A DNA stretch of 64,000 bases, taken from NCBI RefSeq assembly GCF_030144855.1, contig NC_082716.1, forward strand, positions 66,898,001 to 66,962,000, written 5' to 3'. Source of the DNA: Hypanus sabinus. Lineage: Eukaryota. Position 1 is the stretch's first letter. Every line of letters begins with the position of its first letter. The notes below the pieces were generated by a model. That model saw nothing but the letters and a program-made list of their open reading frames with translations. It had not been told where the DNA came from and searched no databases. Of this stretch, positions 1 through 40,104 are shown piece by piece. Made by a program: the position numbers and the translations under genes.

Positions 1-639
1 TATGGATAGGTTAAAATAAAAACAAGATAATCTTTCTGATGAAGGTATTCCATTAACTGTAACTGGATGACCACATTACAACATATCCTCATGATTATCC
101 TGGCTTTAGCTTACCAGATATATTCCCTTTTTCCTGTCAATCCCCCACCCACATTCTGCAAGTTAACAATTTTTTTTTTCAGTTCTGATAAGAGCTTTTG
201 ACCTGAAACATTATGAGCATTTCCAGCAATTAAGATTTTGACTTCAGATTTTCAGTATCTAGCTTTGTATTCACAAAAAGGTCCTTCAAACCACCAGGAA
301 CATAATCAGTCATCTGCAACTGGGGTCAGGAATGAGCTGATTTGGGGAAGCAGAAAGTTATGTCTGAAGATCAGAGATAATTCTGAAGATGTGAGGACGA
401 ATATTCTAATAGCTTCAATTGCTTTTCTGGAACTTCCCAATCTTTTGCAGAATTTTAGTCCAAATGATTAAAATGTAGGTTACAGTCTATAGAAGAGATT
501 TGGAAAAATAGAAAGTTCAGTCTAGAGCAAGACAAATGAATATGGATTTTATCCTGCATTTTGCCTGAGCTATGGTGATGTGGTAACTTTCCCTCTTATT
601 CATCACAGCACTTGAGGTTGGACTTAAATAATAGGCAAT

Positions 640-2430
640 TGACCTGTGGTTGTTGATCCATAACAAAAATGGCAGAAGCAAACCAAACAAGAAGTGTAGA
701 CAATATGGGGTGGAGTATCTGAAAGGTGGATTTATACGAACACCAAGTAACCAACAGCAGTCAATGTGTCTGTTGTGTGATTTTTTTGTCAAATGAGGCA
801 ATGAAACCATCCAGGCTCCATGAACATTTGAAGAGAATACACTGATTAAGCAAACTGGAACTTAGATTATGTTCAACACACACAATCCAGCATCTGTGGA
901 TTTGTTTGTGCTTGGTTGATGTTCAGTCACTTCGTGAAAACGTTTAAAAATGGAAAACACAATAAAATGATTGTCAGCATTTCACAACAAAACTGATGGT
1001 TTGTATGCTTTACACATTTCATTGCTCATTGCTAAATCTGGAAAGCCTTATACAGTTGTAGAAGAACTGCTTCTGCCAGCAGTAAGGAAGCCTCTGTGTA
1101 CAGATTTGCATAGGTCACCAGACCAAATAACTAAAGTGATTCGGCAGAGCGACAACTCTGTTCAAAGATGAATAAATGTGATGTCTGAGAATGTGGAAGA
1201 CCCATTATGCAACAACAGAATTTGCTCTGCAGTTGGATGAGTCAACTTTGCCAAGCAAAGTAACTTTGCTTCTTGTTTAGGTTTACTTCATAAAAGATGA
1301 AAGCACAGTTCAGGAGTAGTTATTTGCAAGGGGATTAGTACAGGTACAAAAAGGAAGTCAATATTTCAGGTTGATGGGTAATTTTTCTTAAAAGAGGACA
1401 TTCTGCTCACCAACATTCTCACTTGTCCAACAGGTGGGGCACCAACAATGACAGGATGCCACTGTGGAGTTATTACTTTCTTGAAAAAAGCTGTAGCTAA
1501 TAAATTTACCATTCACTATATAATTCACAGACAACAATTTAACAAAAAAAAACCCAAGTGATTGGTTGCACAAATCATTAAATACTGCTATCACAGCAGT
1601 AAATAAAATCAAGTTCTATGCTCTCAACTATCTCAAGAGCTTTGCATTGAGAACGACAATGAACAGTTTGAATGCATGCTGTTGCACAGCAGAAGTGAGG
1701 TGGCTCTGCAAAAGATGACTGCCTGAGATATTTGAAACAGTGACTAAATACTTTGAAGACTTGAACTCTTCATTCAGTAAACAACTCCAGAATATTAGGC
1801 ATGACTTTGCTTATTTATCAGAATTATTTGCAAAATTTCATGTAGTAATACTTTAGATGCAAGGAAATTATGTGAATCTTAGTCAAATCAGTTGTCTCCA
1901 CATTTCTGTCCAGTTAACCCTATTTAAGTGCAACATTGGCTGTTATGGCTTTTCCAATTTCCACTCCTCTCTGAATTGAAAGAAGAAGAAATATCATATG
2001 ATGATCTTCAAGTATACTGCGTCAAATTTATGAGCTGAATAAAGAAATATCAGAGAGATTTCAGGATCTTCACTTGCTCCAAATTCCAGATTGGGTAATA
2101 AACCCATTCCTGAACACTTCTAATGAGGAATTAACAGAAAGCACTGATATTGCTACAAAATGACTTTAAACTGAAGCCACAGTTCAAAACCTCATATTGA
2201 GACTTTTGGTTGCAGAAGGAAATCTCTGAACACTATCTCACACTATGGAAAAAGGTCAAAATGTTTTTAATTGCCTTTCCAACAGCTGCCCAACTTCTTT
2301 CAAAGGAATGAAACAGACTGCAAATTACTGAACTTTGGGATGTTGAACTCCTGAGTGACATTCAGATCGATATTGAGAAATGCGTATCACTGCACCAAAC
2401 CCATCCATCTTATAGAAAGATGAAAAAGCA
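640..2430 (+). mobile_element. Decayed hAT (Buster/Charlie, ZBED5/FAM200-like) transposase fossil
   Basis: KKCRQYGVEYLK.GF, SNEAMKPSRL, IAKSGKPYTVVEELLLPA, SDNSVQR, ALQLDEST, EVRWL motifs scattered across frames. Confidence 0.75.
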
Positions 2431-2479
2431 ATTTAGTTCTATTAAGTTTCTATTTAGTTCCAAAAAGTTCTATTCAAAA

Positions 2480-3240
2480 AGTTGAAAGGAACATCTAAGC
2501 AAACCTGATGCCTGAACTTGCTGGCTACAATGAGCAAAGGTATGTCTGGAAGAAAAGAATTTCATGAAAAGAACACCTCTCCAACTGTTAGGCACGGAGG
2601 TGGATCGATCATGTTGCAACCAGTGGCACGGGGAACATTTACTGGTAGAGGGAAGAATTAATTCAATTAAATACCAGCAAATTCTAGAAGCAAACATCAC
2701 ACTGTCTGTAAAAACCAAAGATGAAAAGATGGCTTCTACAACAGGACAATGATCCTAAACACACCTCAAAATCCACAATGGACTACCTCAAGGGGCACAA
2801 GCTGAACGTTTTGCCATGGCCCTCACAGTCCCCCGACATAAACATCGAGTATCTGTGAATAGACCTCAAAAGAGCAGTGCATGCAAGACGGCCCAAGAAT
2901 CTCATAGAACTAGAAACCTTTTGCAAGGAAGAATGGGCGAAAATCCCTCAAACACGAATTGAAAGACTGTTAGCTAGCTACACAAAGCATTTACAAGCTG
3001 TGATACTTTCCAAAGTGGGTGTTACTAAGCACTGCCAAAATTTTGCTTTGGGCCCTTTTCCTTTTTTGTTATTTTTAAACTATAAAAGATGGAAATCAAA
3101 AGCTTTCTTGCTTAAAATATTAAAGAAATGTGTCATCTTTAACTTTACGCCTTTTGTAAATCATTTCATTTTTTACTCGCTCAGCTATTCACAGTAACAG
3201 AAATTTTGACCAGGGGTACCCAAACTTTTGCATGCCACTG
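2480..3240 (+). mobile_element. Tc1 transposon 3' fragment
   Basis: [34 protein letters not shown] motifs; terminal ...AAACTTTTGCATGCCACTG followed by TA. Confidence 0.85.
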
Positions 3241-3249
3241 TATATGGGG

Positions 3250-5090
3250 AGGGGAGGTGGAGAGAAGTGAGTGCAGCTGCCATTATTAAGGAGAAAGTGT
3301 TTGGGATCTGAATGGTGTGAAGGTAGATAAGTCACATGGACTAGATGGACTGCACCTTAGGGTTCTGAAACAGGTAGCTGAAGAGACTGTGCAGACATTA
3401 GTAATGATCCTTCAAGAATCACCAAATTCTGCAATGGTTCCAGAGGACTGGAAAATTGCAAATGTTGCTCACTCCTTAAGAAGGGAGGGGGAGCAGAAAA
3501 AAGAAAATTAGTCTGACTTCAATGGATGGTAAGGTGTTGCAGTCCATGATTAAAGATGAGCTTCCTGGATACTTAGAGGGACATGATAAAATAGGCTGAA
3601 ACAAGCATGGCTTCCTTAAGAGGAAATCTTACTTGGAAAATCTGTTGGAATCCTTTGAGGAAATAACAGGTAGGATAAGCAGAGGAGCATCAGTGGATGT
3701 TGTTTACTTGGATCTCCATAAGGCCTTTGACAAGGTGCCACCCATGAGGCTGTTAAACAAGAGCCCATGATATTACATGAAAGATACTAGCATGGATAAG
3801 AGATTGGCTGACTGGCAGGAAGCAAAGATTCAGAATAAAGTAAGGCCCTTTCTGGTTGATTGCCTGTGACTAGTGATGTTCTGCAGGGGTCGATATTGGG
3901 GCCATCTACCTTTATGTCAATGTCAGTGATTTGGATGACCAAATGAAAGGCTTTGTGAACATGTCTGTGGATTATATAAAGTAAAGGAACAGGTAATGTT
4001 GAGGAAGCAGCAAGTCTGTAGGAGGACTTAGACAAATTAGGAGAATGGGTAAAGAAGAGGCAGATGGAATACAGTATAGGGAAGTGTACGGCAATGCACG
4101 TTGGGAGAAGGAATAAAGGTATAGAATTGTTTTCTGAATGGAGGGTAAATTCAGAAATCAGAAGTGCAAAGATACTAGGAAGCCTTTATGCAGGATTCCC
4201 CAAAGGTTAACTTTGCAAGTAGATTTAGTAGTAAGGTAAGCAAATGAATGAGAGGAGATCTTATAGAAACATATAATTATATATTTCATATAAAATTATG
4301 AAAGGGATAGATAAGATAGAGGCAGGAAAGTTGTTTCCACTGGTAGGAGAGACTAGAACTGGGGGACATAACCTCAAGATTCAGAGGAGTAGATTTAGGA
4401 TGGAGATGAAGAGGAACTGCTTTTCCCAGAGAGTGGTGAATCTGTGGAATTCTCTGCCCATGAAACAGTGGAGGCTACCTCAGTAAATATATTTAAGACA
4501 AGGTTGGGTAGATTTTTGCAAAGTAGGGGAATTAAGGGTTATAGGGAAAAGGCAGGTAGTTGGAGATGAGTCTATGGCCAAGTCAGCCATGATCTTGTTA
4601 AGTGGCAGAGCAGGCCCGACAAATTAGATTTCCTAATCCTGCTCCTATTTCTTATGTTCTCAAATGCATTATCAGCATTCATTCAAGAGGACTAGAATAT
4701 AAAAGCAAGATGTCAAGCTGAAGGAGAATCTCATTGAACCCTAACAAATATTGAAAGGCCCAGAGTGAATGGGGAAGGATGTTTCCTGAAGTAGGGGAAT
4801 CTATGGCCAGAGGGCACAGCCTCCATATACAAGGTCATCTATTAAGAACAGAGATGAGGAGGAATTTCTTTAGCCATTTGTGGAATTCACTGCTGCAAAC
4901 AGATGTGGAGGGGGGTCAAGTCATTGGTATATTTAAAGCAGAGATTGATAAGGTTCTTGATTTGTAAGAGCATCAAAGATTACTGGGAAAAGGCAGAAGA
5001 ATGTGGTTGAGAAAGGTAATAAATCAGACCGTGATCAGAGCGAATTTGACAGGTCAAAAGGATTTGTTCCTGTGCTTTATGGTTTGATGA
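3250..5090 (+). mobile_element. Nested, degenerate CR1 LINE fragments
   Basis: KVDKS.G.DGLH.RVLK, PEDWKIANV, KAFDKVP, FSQRVVNLWNSLP; CR1 3' tails. Confidence 0.85.
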
Positions 5091-5099
5091 TTACTTTTT

Positions 5100-5653
5100 G
5101 TTTCCATTCCTGAAAGTGAGAAAGATACATTTAAAGACACAGCAAACCTTTCACCCAAAAATTGGCAATTCTTCATTTGCATTCAGTGATTCTCATTATA
5201 ATGGCTGTAACATTTCCATATGACATGTGTTTATACATTCAATGGACTTCAGCTTTTTGTCAAGTTCTACACAAAACTATGAAACAAAACTAACTTATGT
5301 ACATTTTACAATTAGCATATTTTAAATAAAGTATAGCTGTTCAAAAAATTGTAATTTAATTATCTATACATTAAAGATTACAAACAATATCTTTCCCCAA
5401 ACTAAATTAGCAAACCATGAGAAAGAGTATTTACAATTTGTAATGTACACCTTTCATTAGACAGTGGAAAAGTAGAACAGGAAAACATTAGCCACAAAGC
5501 AAAAATCCCAAAACCTGATTTAATTGGTTTAGATGTCCACCATAGTCAAATAAATCAGCATATATATCTTTGTAGACTAATTAAATAATCCGTGTTACAC
5601 TGGCTGGTTAGTCTGAAGAGCCTTTCTGCACACCAATATATCAGAGAACAAAT
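5100..5653 (-). other. YIPF1: Candidate non-coding terminal (3'UTR) exon of YIPF1
   Basis: Strong polypyrimidine acceptor (tttttaatttttttttAG, AG at 5655-5654) opening a TE-free AT-rich tract with ATTAAA hexamers. The left boundary is a guess. Confidence 0.4.
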
Positions 5654-6499
5654 CTAAAAAAAATTAAAAAGAAACATTTTATTTAGAATGCAGAGATATG
5701 ATGTAATTGAAATTTATAAAATAAAAACGAATTCACGAAGTTCTCAAACGCACAGCTTCTTTATAATTTAAGGATGAGTTAATTATTTCAAACTTGGGTT
5801 CAATAAATACTTTGGAAATACATCCAGAAGAATCTGCTTTTTTCCAAAATGAAAACAGACAAAGGTGAACTCAGAAACGTGAAACTGACTGAATAACAAG
5901 ATTAGGTTGGAATACTGGCAGAGAGAAATGTAATCTAGGCATGTGAACAGTATTTATGACAGCGAGGATGAACACGATAAACGAAAGTAAAATGGGCTTA
6001 TGTAAAAAGGTTTCATTTAAATTTCCTAAGTTTCGCATCATATTTTGCAATTTATAGAAAACACCTACTCTTTTTCATTAACACAAGAGATTCTGCAGAT
6101 GTTGGAAATCTTGAGCAACACACACAAAATGCTGGAGCATACTGATGAAACGTCTTGATATTCCCTACCATAGATACTGCTTGACTTGCTGAGTTCCTCC
6201 AGCATTCTCTAGCAGTTACTCTTTCTCACTAATTTTAAACCAGGCCAATGAAACAAAACGAAAAGTGGTTCCACAATTACTTAATGAAAACCTTCAATCA
6301 TTGGAGAATTGAGCAAATTCTTGGGATTATGGTGAGTGAGGGAATTGGATACTGTGTTTGTATCTTAGTCTGAAAAAATGTACTGAATCAGTAAAAATCA
6401 CCAGCACCAGAACACAAACAAGAATTCATTAAAAAAAGGTGAATTTACTGAAGTGTGACTGCACAGGAAGGTAGAAAAGTAACTGGTTTATTGGTATAC

Positions 6500-7122
6500 C
6501 ACCAGCACCTTTACTTCCTGAGAAAGCTGAAGAAATTTGGCCTGTCCCCTAAAACCCTCACTAATTTTTATAGATGCACCGTAGAAAGTATTCTTCTAGG
6601 GTGCATCACAACCTGGTATGGAAGTTGTCCTGTCCAAGAACGGAAGAAGCTGCAGAAGACCTTGAACACAGCCCAGCACATCACACAAACCAATCTTCCG
6701 TCCTTGGACTCACTTTACACCACATGCTGTCGGAGCAGTGCTGCCAGGATAATCAAGGACATGACCCACTCAGCCAACACACTTTTTGTCCCTTTTCCCT
6801 CCGGGAGAAGGTTCAGGAGCTTGAAGACTCATATGGCCAGATTTGGGAACATCTTCTTTCCAACTGTGATAAGACTGCTGAACGGATCCTGACCCAGATC
6901 TGGGCCGTACCTTCCAAATATCCGGACCTGTCTCTGTTTTTTTTGCACTACCTTACTTACTACTTTCTATTTCCATTTATGATTTATAATTTAAATTTAA
7001 ATTTTATTTACTATCGATTTGTACTCCAGGGAGCGCGAAGCGCAGAATCAAATATCGCTGTGATGATTATATGCTCTAGTATCAATTGTTTGGTGACAAT
7101 AAATTAATAAAGTAAATAAAGT
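6500..7122 (+). mobile_element. Rex1/Babar-type LINE 3' end
   Basis: LYFLRKLKKF...LTNFYRCTVESIL.GCIT.WYG (DUF1891-like C-terminus); (TAAA)n-like tail. Confidence 0.85.
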
Positions 7123-7134
7123 ATATTTTATCTC

Positions 7135-7535
7135 CCCCCTTATCTCCTTGGAGTGACAGAGGATGAGAGGTGGCCTGATAAAGGTGTATAAGATGATGAG
7201 AGGCATTGATCGTGTGGATAGTCAGAGGCTGTTTCCCAGGGCTAAAATGGTTGCCACAAGAGGACACAAGTTTAAGGTGCTGGGGAGCAGGTACAGAGGA
7301 GATGTCAGGGGTAAGTTTTTCACTCAGAGAGAGGTGAGTCTGTGGATTGGGCTGCCGGCAACGGTGGTAGAGGTGGATACGATAGAGTTTTTAAGAGATC
7401 TTTGGATAGGTACATGGAGCTTAGAAAAAGAGGGCTGTGGGTAAGCCTAGTAATTTCTAAAGCAGGGACATGTTCCGCACAACTTTGTGGGCTGAAGGGC
7501 CTGTATTGTGCTGTATGTAGGTTTTCTATATTTCT
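7135..7535 (+). mobile_element. CR1 LINE 3' end
   Basis: RG.LIKVYK.MRGIDRVD...TRGHKFKV...FFTQR. Confidence 0.85.
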
Positions 7536-7959
7536 ATTACATTGGAATTAGGAAACATTACTGATCCATAGCAGCAACCTTAGATTTACTACAAAGCTGA
7601 TGAGCTACAGCAGAGATTCCCAGTGGGGGCAGTTATGTGTCCCAAGGAGGTGTTAGTGGAAACAGAAGTCATCAGGGGCATTCAAGATTCTTGGGGGGGG
7701 AGGAGTGGATAAGCAGCCCTAACTTGAGGACAAGACCTGACCATTAATAGAGCAGGCACTTCCAGAAAAAAGGATGAAGCACTGGAACAGAGAAAGAACC
7801 ACAGTAGTGAGCACTTGTCGTCAGAATGCATCTGAAATTTGGCAATCTCATCTGACCTTATCAACCGAACAGACATTATTGGGGATGCATAAATTAGCAA
7901 CCAGGATGCCCAACAGTTCCTCTTGTCTTGTGGCATGGTACGAGTGAAACACACCCTCT

Positions 7960-8795
7960 CAACATTGTAATTCATCATCAACATCTTAAGCATGACTCTT
8001 GTAATATCTGCTGTTAACAAAATTAAAGCTAATCTACTAAATAGCAGAATATTTTGCCAGTTATGCCAAGTTATCAATGAAGAGTTTGAATGCTTGCTTC
8101 TTCACACGAAGTTCACTGGCTGTCAAAAGGCTGCTGCTTGGAAAACAAGATTGAACTTCTATGTGGAGATGTGGCATACCAAGCCCATCTCTATGACAAA
8201 ATGAACAATCTAAATATGAAACTGCAGGGTGAAAATTTCAATTTAAACCAGGCAAAAAGTGCAGTGTCCACTTTTATTGGAAAATTGGAAATATATAAGC
8301 AAAACATTGGAAGAAGAATGTCCTCACAGTTTCCCTGCAGGAGAAATACGACACTCTGTTACACAGACGGGGATTTGCAAGAGTAATGCTTATACTTGCA
8401 GTCACTGAAGAATTTTCAGAATCGATCCAAGGATTTGAATGATCTGGAAATTTTGGACTAGGTAATCAGCTCATTTCTTTGCAAAGTGGAAGAACAGGAA
8501 GAGAAATTGCAAGAAGTAATTATCGATATTCAGAATGATGAAGATGCAAAAATACTTTTCAAAAATGTCAGCTTTTATTGGTGGTCACAACTTGAACAAG
8601 ATAAATTCAACTCTTGCTAAAACCCGTCAGGCTCAAGAATCAAATTGATATTGAAGCTGCTATACAGTACACAGGTACTGTGCAATCTGGGTTTAAAGGC
8701 AAATAAAAATTTAAAACAGAATCATTGGGGGAACATTGGCAAGTATGAAAGTGCTTTGGGGGGCAATGGGATATAAAAGGTTGGGAAACACTGAG
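7960..8795 (+). mobile_element. hAT (Buster/Charlie-like) transposase 3' remnant
   Basis: AVNKIKAN.LNSR.F, LLLHT / EVHWLSKG, NLNMKLQG; terminal GGTTGGGAAACACTG. Confidence 0.65.
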
Positions 8796-9339
8796 CTAGA
8801 GTTTCAGACATTTCAGCGAGGACATCAGTTAATTGGCTATTGTTTGCCAGAGGTAGTTACCACTGTTAGATAAGTAGTTTTGGAAGGACTTTAGCCTTTG
8901 CATTCGTTGAAGGAGCCCAGGTTCTTGCTGACATAAGGGAAAATAAGTGAACTGATGTTAGCGCCAGAGACAATTTACGGGAGTAAAGTAAAATGCAGTA
9001 GCAACAGAGGTCAGATATGATTAGGGTGATAAACGTTCCTTGTAGTTGTAAGTACAAATCCAGAAGGCTCTGTTGGTTGCTTGGTGTTATGTGAAAGTCG
9101 TTCCCTTGCAAATGGAAGGGAGCTCAAAGGGAAAGATCCTGTGTTCCTGGATCTGATAGGCATCTGGGATCTTAAGCATAGAAAACCTACAGCACAATAC
9201 AGGTCCTTTGGCTCACAATGCTGTGCCAAACATGTACTTACTGCTATGTGCTATATGCGCCTTGTGCTGTGTTTGACTGTTGGTACTGTGTTTTTCCCCG
9301 GAGTAATGCTGTTTCATTTGGCTGAATTCACGTGTATTC

Positions 9340-12180
9340 ATAGAAACATAGAAAACCTATGGCACAATAAGGTCCTTCGGCCCACAATGCTGTGCCAAAC
9401 ATGTAGTTTAGAAATTACCTCGAGTTACTGCCTCCACTACAGTCACCAGCAGCCCATTCCACGCACTCACTACTCTCGGTGTAAAAAAACTTACCCCTGA
9501 CATCTCCTCTGTACTAACTTCTAAGCACCTTAAAACTGTGCCTTCTCGTGTTAACCATTTCAGCCCTGGGAAAAAGCCTCTGACATCCACATGATTAATG
9601 CCTCTCATCATCTTATACATCTCTGTCAGGTCACCTCTTATCCTCTGTCACTCCAAGGAGAAAAGGCCAACCTCACTCAACCTATTCTCATAAAGCATGC
9701 TCTCCAATCCAGGCAACATCCTTGTAAATCTCCTCTGCACGCTTTCTATAGTTTCCACATCCTTCTTGTAGAGAAGAGACCAGAATTGAGCACAGTACTC
9801 CAAGTGGGGTCTGACCAGGGTCCTATATAGCTGCAACATTACCTTTTGGCTTTTGAAATCAATACACCGTATGCCTTCTTAACCACACAGTCAACCTGAG
9901 CAGCAGCTTTGAGTGTCTTATGGACTCGGACCCCAAGATCCCTCTGATCCCCCACACTGTCAAGAGTCTGACCATTAATACTATATTCTGCCATCATATT
10001 TAACCTACCAAAATGAACCACCTCACACTTAACTGGTTGAACTCCATCTGCTACTTCTCAGCCCAGTTTTACATCCTATCGATGTCCCACTGTGACCTTT
10101 GACAGCCCTCTATACCATCCACAACACCCCCAATCTTCGTGTCATCAACAAATTTACTAACCCATCCCTCCACTTCCTTATCCAGGTCATTTATAAAAAT
10201 CACCAAAAGAAGGGGACCCAGATCAGAATCCTGAGGCACACCACTAGTCACTGACCTCCATGCAAAATATGACCCATCTACAACCACTCTTTGCCTTCAC
10301 TGGGCAAGCCAGTTCTGGATCCACAAATCATCTCATGCCTCTTTACTTTCTCAATAAGCCTTACATGGGGTACCTTATCAAATGCCTTGCTGAAATCCGT
10401 ATACATTACATCTACATCTCTACCTTCATCAATGTGTTTAGCCACATTCTCAAAAAATTCAATCAGGCTCGAAAGGCACAACCTGCCTTTGACAAAGCCA
10501 TGCTGACTATTCCTAACCATATTATGCCTCTCCAAATGTTCATAAATACTACCTCTCAGGATCTTCTCCATCATCTTACCAACCACTGAAGACTCACTGG
10601 TCTATAATTTCCTGGGCTATCACTATTACCTTTCTTGAATAAGGAAACAATATCTGCAACCCTTCAATTCTCCGGAACCTCTCCCATCCCTATTGATAAT
10701 GCAAAGATCATTGCCAGAGGCGCAGCAATCTCCTCCCTCGCTTCCCACAGTAGCCTGGGATATATCTCATCCGGTCCCGGTGACTTATCTAACTTGATGC
10801 TTTCCAAAAGCACCAGCACATCATCTTTAATGTCTATATGCTCAAGCTTTTTAGTCATGTAAGTCATCCCTATAATCACCAAGGTCCTTTTCCGTAGTGA
10901 ATACTGAAGCAAAGTATTCATTAAGTACCTCTGCTACCTCCTCCTTCCTTTTCCACTGTCATACTGATTGGTCCTATTCTCTCATGTCTTATCCTCTTGC
11001 TCTTCACATACTTGTAGAACGCCTTAGGGTTTTCCTTCATCCTGCTCGCCAAGGCTTTCTTATGGCCCCTTCTGGCTCTCCTAATTTCATTCTTAAGCTT
11101 CTTCCTGCTAGCCTTATAATTTTCTAGATCTCTATCATTATCTAGTTTCTTGAACCTTTCATAAGTTTTTCTTTTCTTCTTGACTAGATTTTCAACAGCC
11201 TTTGTACACCGTGGTTTCTGAACCCCGCCATCCCTGTCTCCTTGGAACGCACCTGTGCAGAACGCCATGCAAACATCCCCTGAACATTTGCCACATTTCT
11301 GCCATATATTTCCCTGAGAATATCTGTTCCCAATTTATGCTTCGAAGTTCCTGCCTGAAAGCTTCATATTTCCCCTTACTCTAATTAAACTTTCCTAACT
11401 TGTCTGTTCCTATCCCTCTCCAATGCTATGGTAAAGGACATAGAATTGTGATCACTAACTCCAAAATGCTCTTCCACTGAGAGATCTGACACCTGACCAG
11501 GTTTGTTTCCCAATACCAGATCAAGTACAGCCTCTCTTCTTGTAGGCTAACAAACTCCACCCTATCTAAGCCCCTTATTCTAGGGATACGCCAATCAATA
11601 CTGGGGAAATTAAAATCTTCCATTACAACAACCCTGTTATTACTACCCGGTTCCACAACCAGTCTCCGTATCTGCTCCTCAATGTCCCTGTTACTATTGA
11701 GTGGTCTATAAAAAACACTCAGAAGAGTTATTGACCGCTTCCTGTTTCTAGCTTCCACTCACAGAGACTCAGTAGACAATTCCTCCATGACTTCCTCCTT
11801 TTCTACAGCCGTGACAATATCTCTGATCAGCAGTGTTATACCCCTACCTCCTCTGCCTCCCTCTCTGTCCTTTCTGAAACATCTAAAGTCTGGCACTTGA
11901 AGTAGCCATTCCTACCTCTGAGCCATCCAAGTCCCACAGCATCATAGCTCCAAGTACTGCTCCACGCTCTGAGCTCATCAGCTTTGTTCATGATACTCCT
12001 TGCATTAAAATAGACACATCTCAAACCATCAGTCTGAGCGTGTCCCTTTTCTATCATCTGCCTATCCTCCCTCTCACACTGTCTCCAAGCTTTGTCTATC
12101 TGTGAGCCAAACGCCCCTTCCTCCGTCTCTCAGTTCAGATCCCATACCCCGGCAATACTAATTTAAGCTCTCTTCAATAG
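9340..12180 (-). mobile_element. CR1 LINE, near-complete decayed ORF2 (APE endonuclease + RT)
   Basis: CVYFNARSIMNKADEL, EDFNFP, DKSPGPD.IYPR, SQHGFVKG, DFSKAFDKVPH, SKFVDDTK, RPHLEYC; CR1 3' tail near 9340. Confidence 0.92.
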
Positions 12181-12848
12181 CTTTAACAGATCTTAAGTAG
12201 AACTAGGAAGGAGGTTCTACTGTGGGAGCATGAACAGCCTGGTTCTAGATTCAAGAAACAGAATCACAGAAGATAATCATCCCTGGAGTACTACCTGTAC
12301 AATGTGCAAATAGCATTGGATCAACAAGATCTGAAAAGTGAATGCATGGCTCAGGGACAGGTTTAGAGAAATTGTACCAATACCTCAGAAGCTGTATTTG
12401 AGTTTAAGTTCCCCACCTGCTATGGTGGAGAGGATTCAGTCTCTGGATCAATGGCTCAGACCCCTGAGTGCTAATCAAGTAATTTAACTCTTACACTATC
12501 GTATTCATTCAAGACCACTTGAAATGTAACCCTGATAAATGTTCACAGATTGGAGCTAATCCTGAGACTTCCTATTCTGCATGGGTCAGAGGCATGCTGT
12601 TTCATATGATTAACTGACAATACTGTTACCTGATCTGCTGCGCTCCTACAGCATTTTGTACGTGTTGCTTTGGATTTCCAGCATCTATCGAGTCTCTTGT
12701 TTATGACAATATGCTAACTAGTTTTTGGAATCTAATGTAAAACCCATTAAATTAAACCTAAAACAATCAAAGTCTAAATTGGGATTAAGAACTTTGTTTC
12801 TCCTATTTGTCCTTCATACCCTGCTCATGGAAATGCTCACCTGACAAG

Positions 12849-38821
<25,973 letters not shown>

Positions 38822-39623
38822 TTACGTGATTGTCAGAACTATCAACTTATGAACAGATCTTTAGTTTCTGCAACATTAACAAACGACGTATCAGCTTTGT
38901 GAGAGAGGAGGCCTTGATGAAACTTCACCTTAACAAAATCTAGTTACTTACAGTGCATGTACAGTACAGGTTATTTTATAATCAAAGGGAATATCATAAA
39001 AGTTAATGTTAAAATTAACCGTAGCATAAATTGATAATAAAAGGCACGTATGATTAAATGTTAAGATTCTGGGCTTATATAGCACACGAGCTAAAGAATT
39101 CATGCATTACTGCAACAATGGATAAGATAGTAGATTAATTAAACGTCCTAGAGTTATCCACACCACTTAATGCAGACAATTTTCGGTATCAGCAATGATG
39201 ATCAAGTATGTGACAAACAGATCAAAAAAAGGTTGCAGGTGCTGGACAGAAAAGGAGTCCTTCAGTAAAATGGCACCTCCAATTATGAGGAAGGTAAATG
39301 GCTTGGTTCCGTGATCCATAATCCATGCTGCAAATTGAGTGGGGCGTTTTACGATGGTCAGTTCCAGTTCGACTGTGATGCCTTTTACTGTTGTGATCAA
39401 ATAGTCTGTCAATCTGATAGTCCAGGATTCAGATAAAGTAATACGTCAGCAGTACTAGCAAAACAGCTGTGGGGCTGAATGACTGATGGATGAGGAATGG
39501 TAGAGATTGCTACCGATTCCCAATATTTACATAAAAGTATTTAGTTCAAGGGGAAGAGAACTACGATGGTGACACTAACAACCCCCACCCCTTTCCTTTG
39601 CCATGGAGACAGGCCTCCCTCAC

Positions 39624-39730
39624 CGCGGGTAGAAGTTCGCACACAGTCCCCTCCTGACAACGACCGTATTTGTATTCGCTGCCTTACGTTAGCTCGGAAT
39701 CCAGGGGCCGAGCCGAAGTAGGTCCAGCCA
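39624..39730 (-). other. YIPF1: Candidate non-coding first exon of YIPF1
   Basis: CpG-richer segment ending in a GTGAG donor (39623-39619), next to CRE-like motifs. TSS position is a guess. Confidence 0.4.
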
Positions 39731-40104
39731 CCATGCAGTACAGGTCGGATTTGAGCTTAGTTTAGGCCGCAGTGACGCGTCAGCGTCAACTCCTTCTTAA
39801 AGGCAGTGTCACTCAAATCACTCCTCACAGACTTTAATATGCCGACAAATAATTCACCACTTCTACACCTGGACAATACTCCTGCACCGTGCCAAAGTGC
39901 AAAATACAAAATAGCTGGGGTTTTTTGGGCTCTACTTTTTAAAACTTACTTATAATGAAGTCGTATATTCTACTATTTTTTCGTTGATCTTCAATACATT
40001 GATTTAGATTTTGAAATCTCTTTAAATGCTTCCGCCCAGCCAAGGTCAAAATACCGGCTCTCATAGCTTTTTCTGTTCGCTGGCGCAGCTAGCTCTGTGC
40101 AGAT
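39730..40104. promoter_or_regulatory. Compact divergent promoter region, YIPF1 / DIO1
   Basis: Palindrome TGACGCGTCA 39773-39782 plus CGTCA half-site; DR1/HNF4-like GTGCCAAAGTGCA 39889-39901; GC box CCGCCC 40032-40037; NR5A/ERR-type CCAAGGTCA 40040-40048. Confidence 0.5.

Noticed and set aside
640-2430. ZBED5/FAM200/SCAND3-like domesticated transposase gene
   Set aside because: Many stops and frameshifts; this is a transposon fossil.
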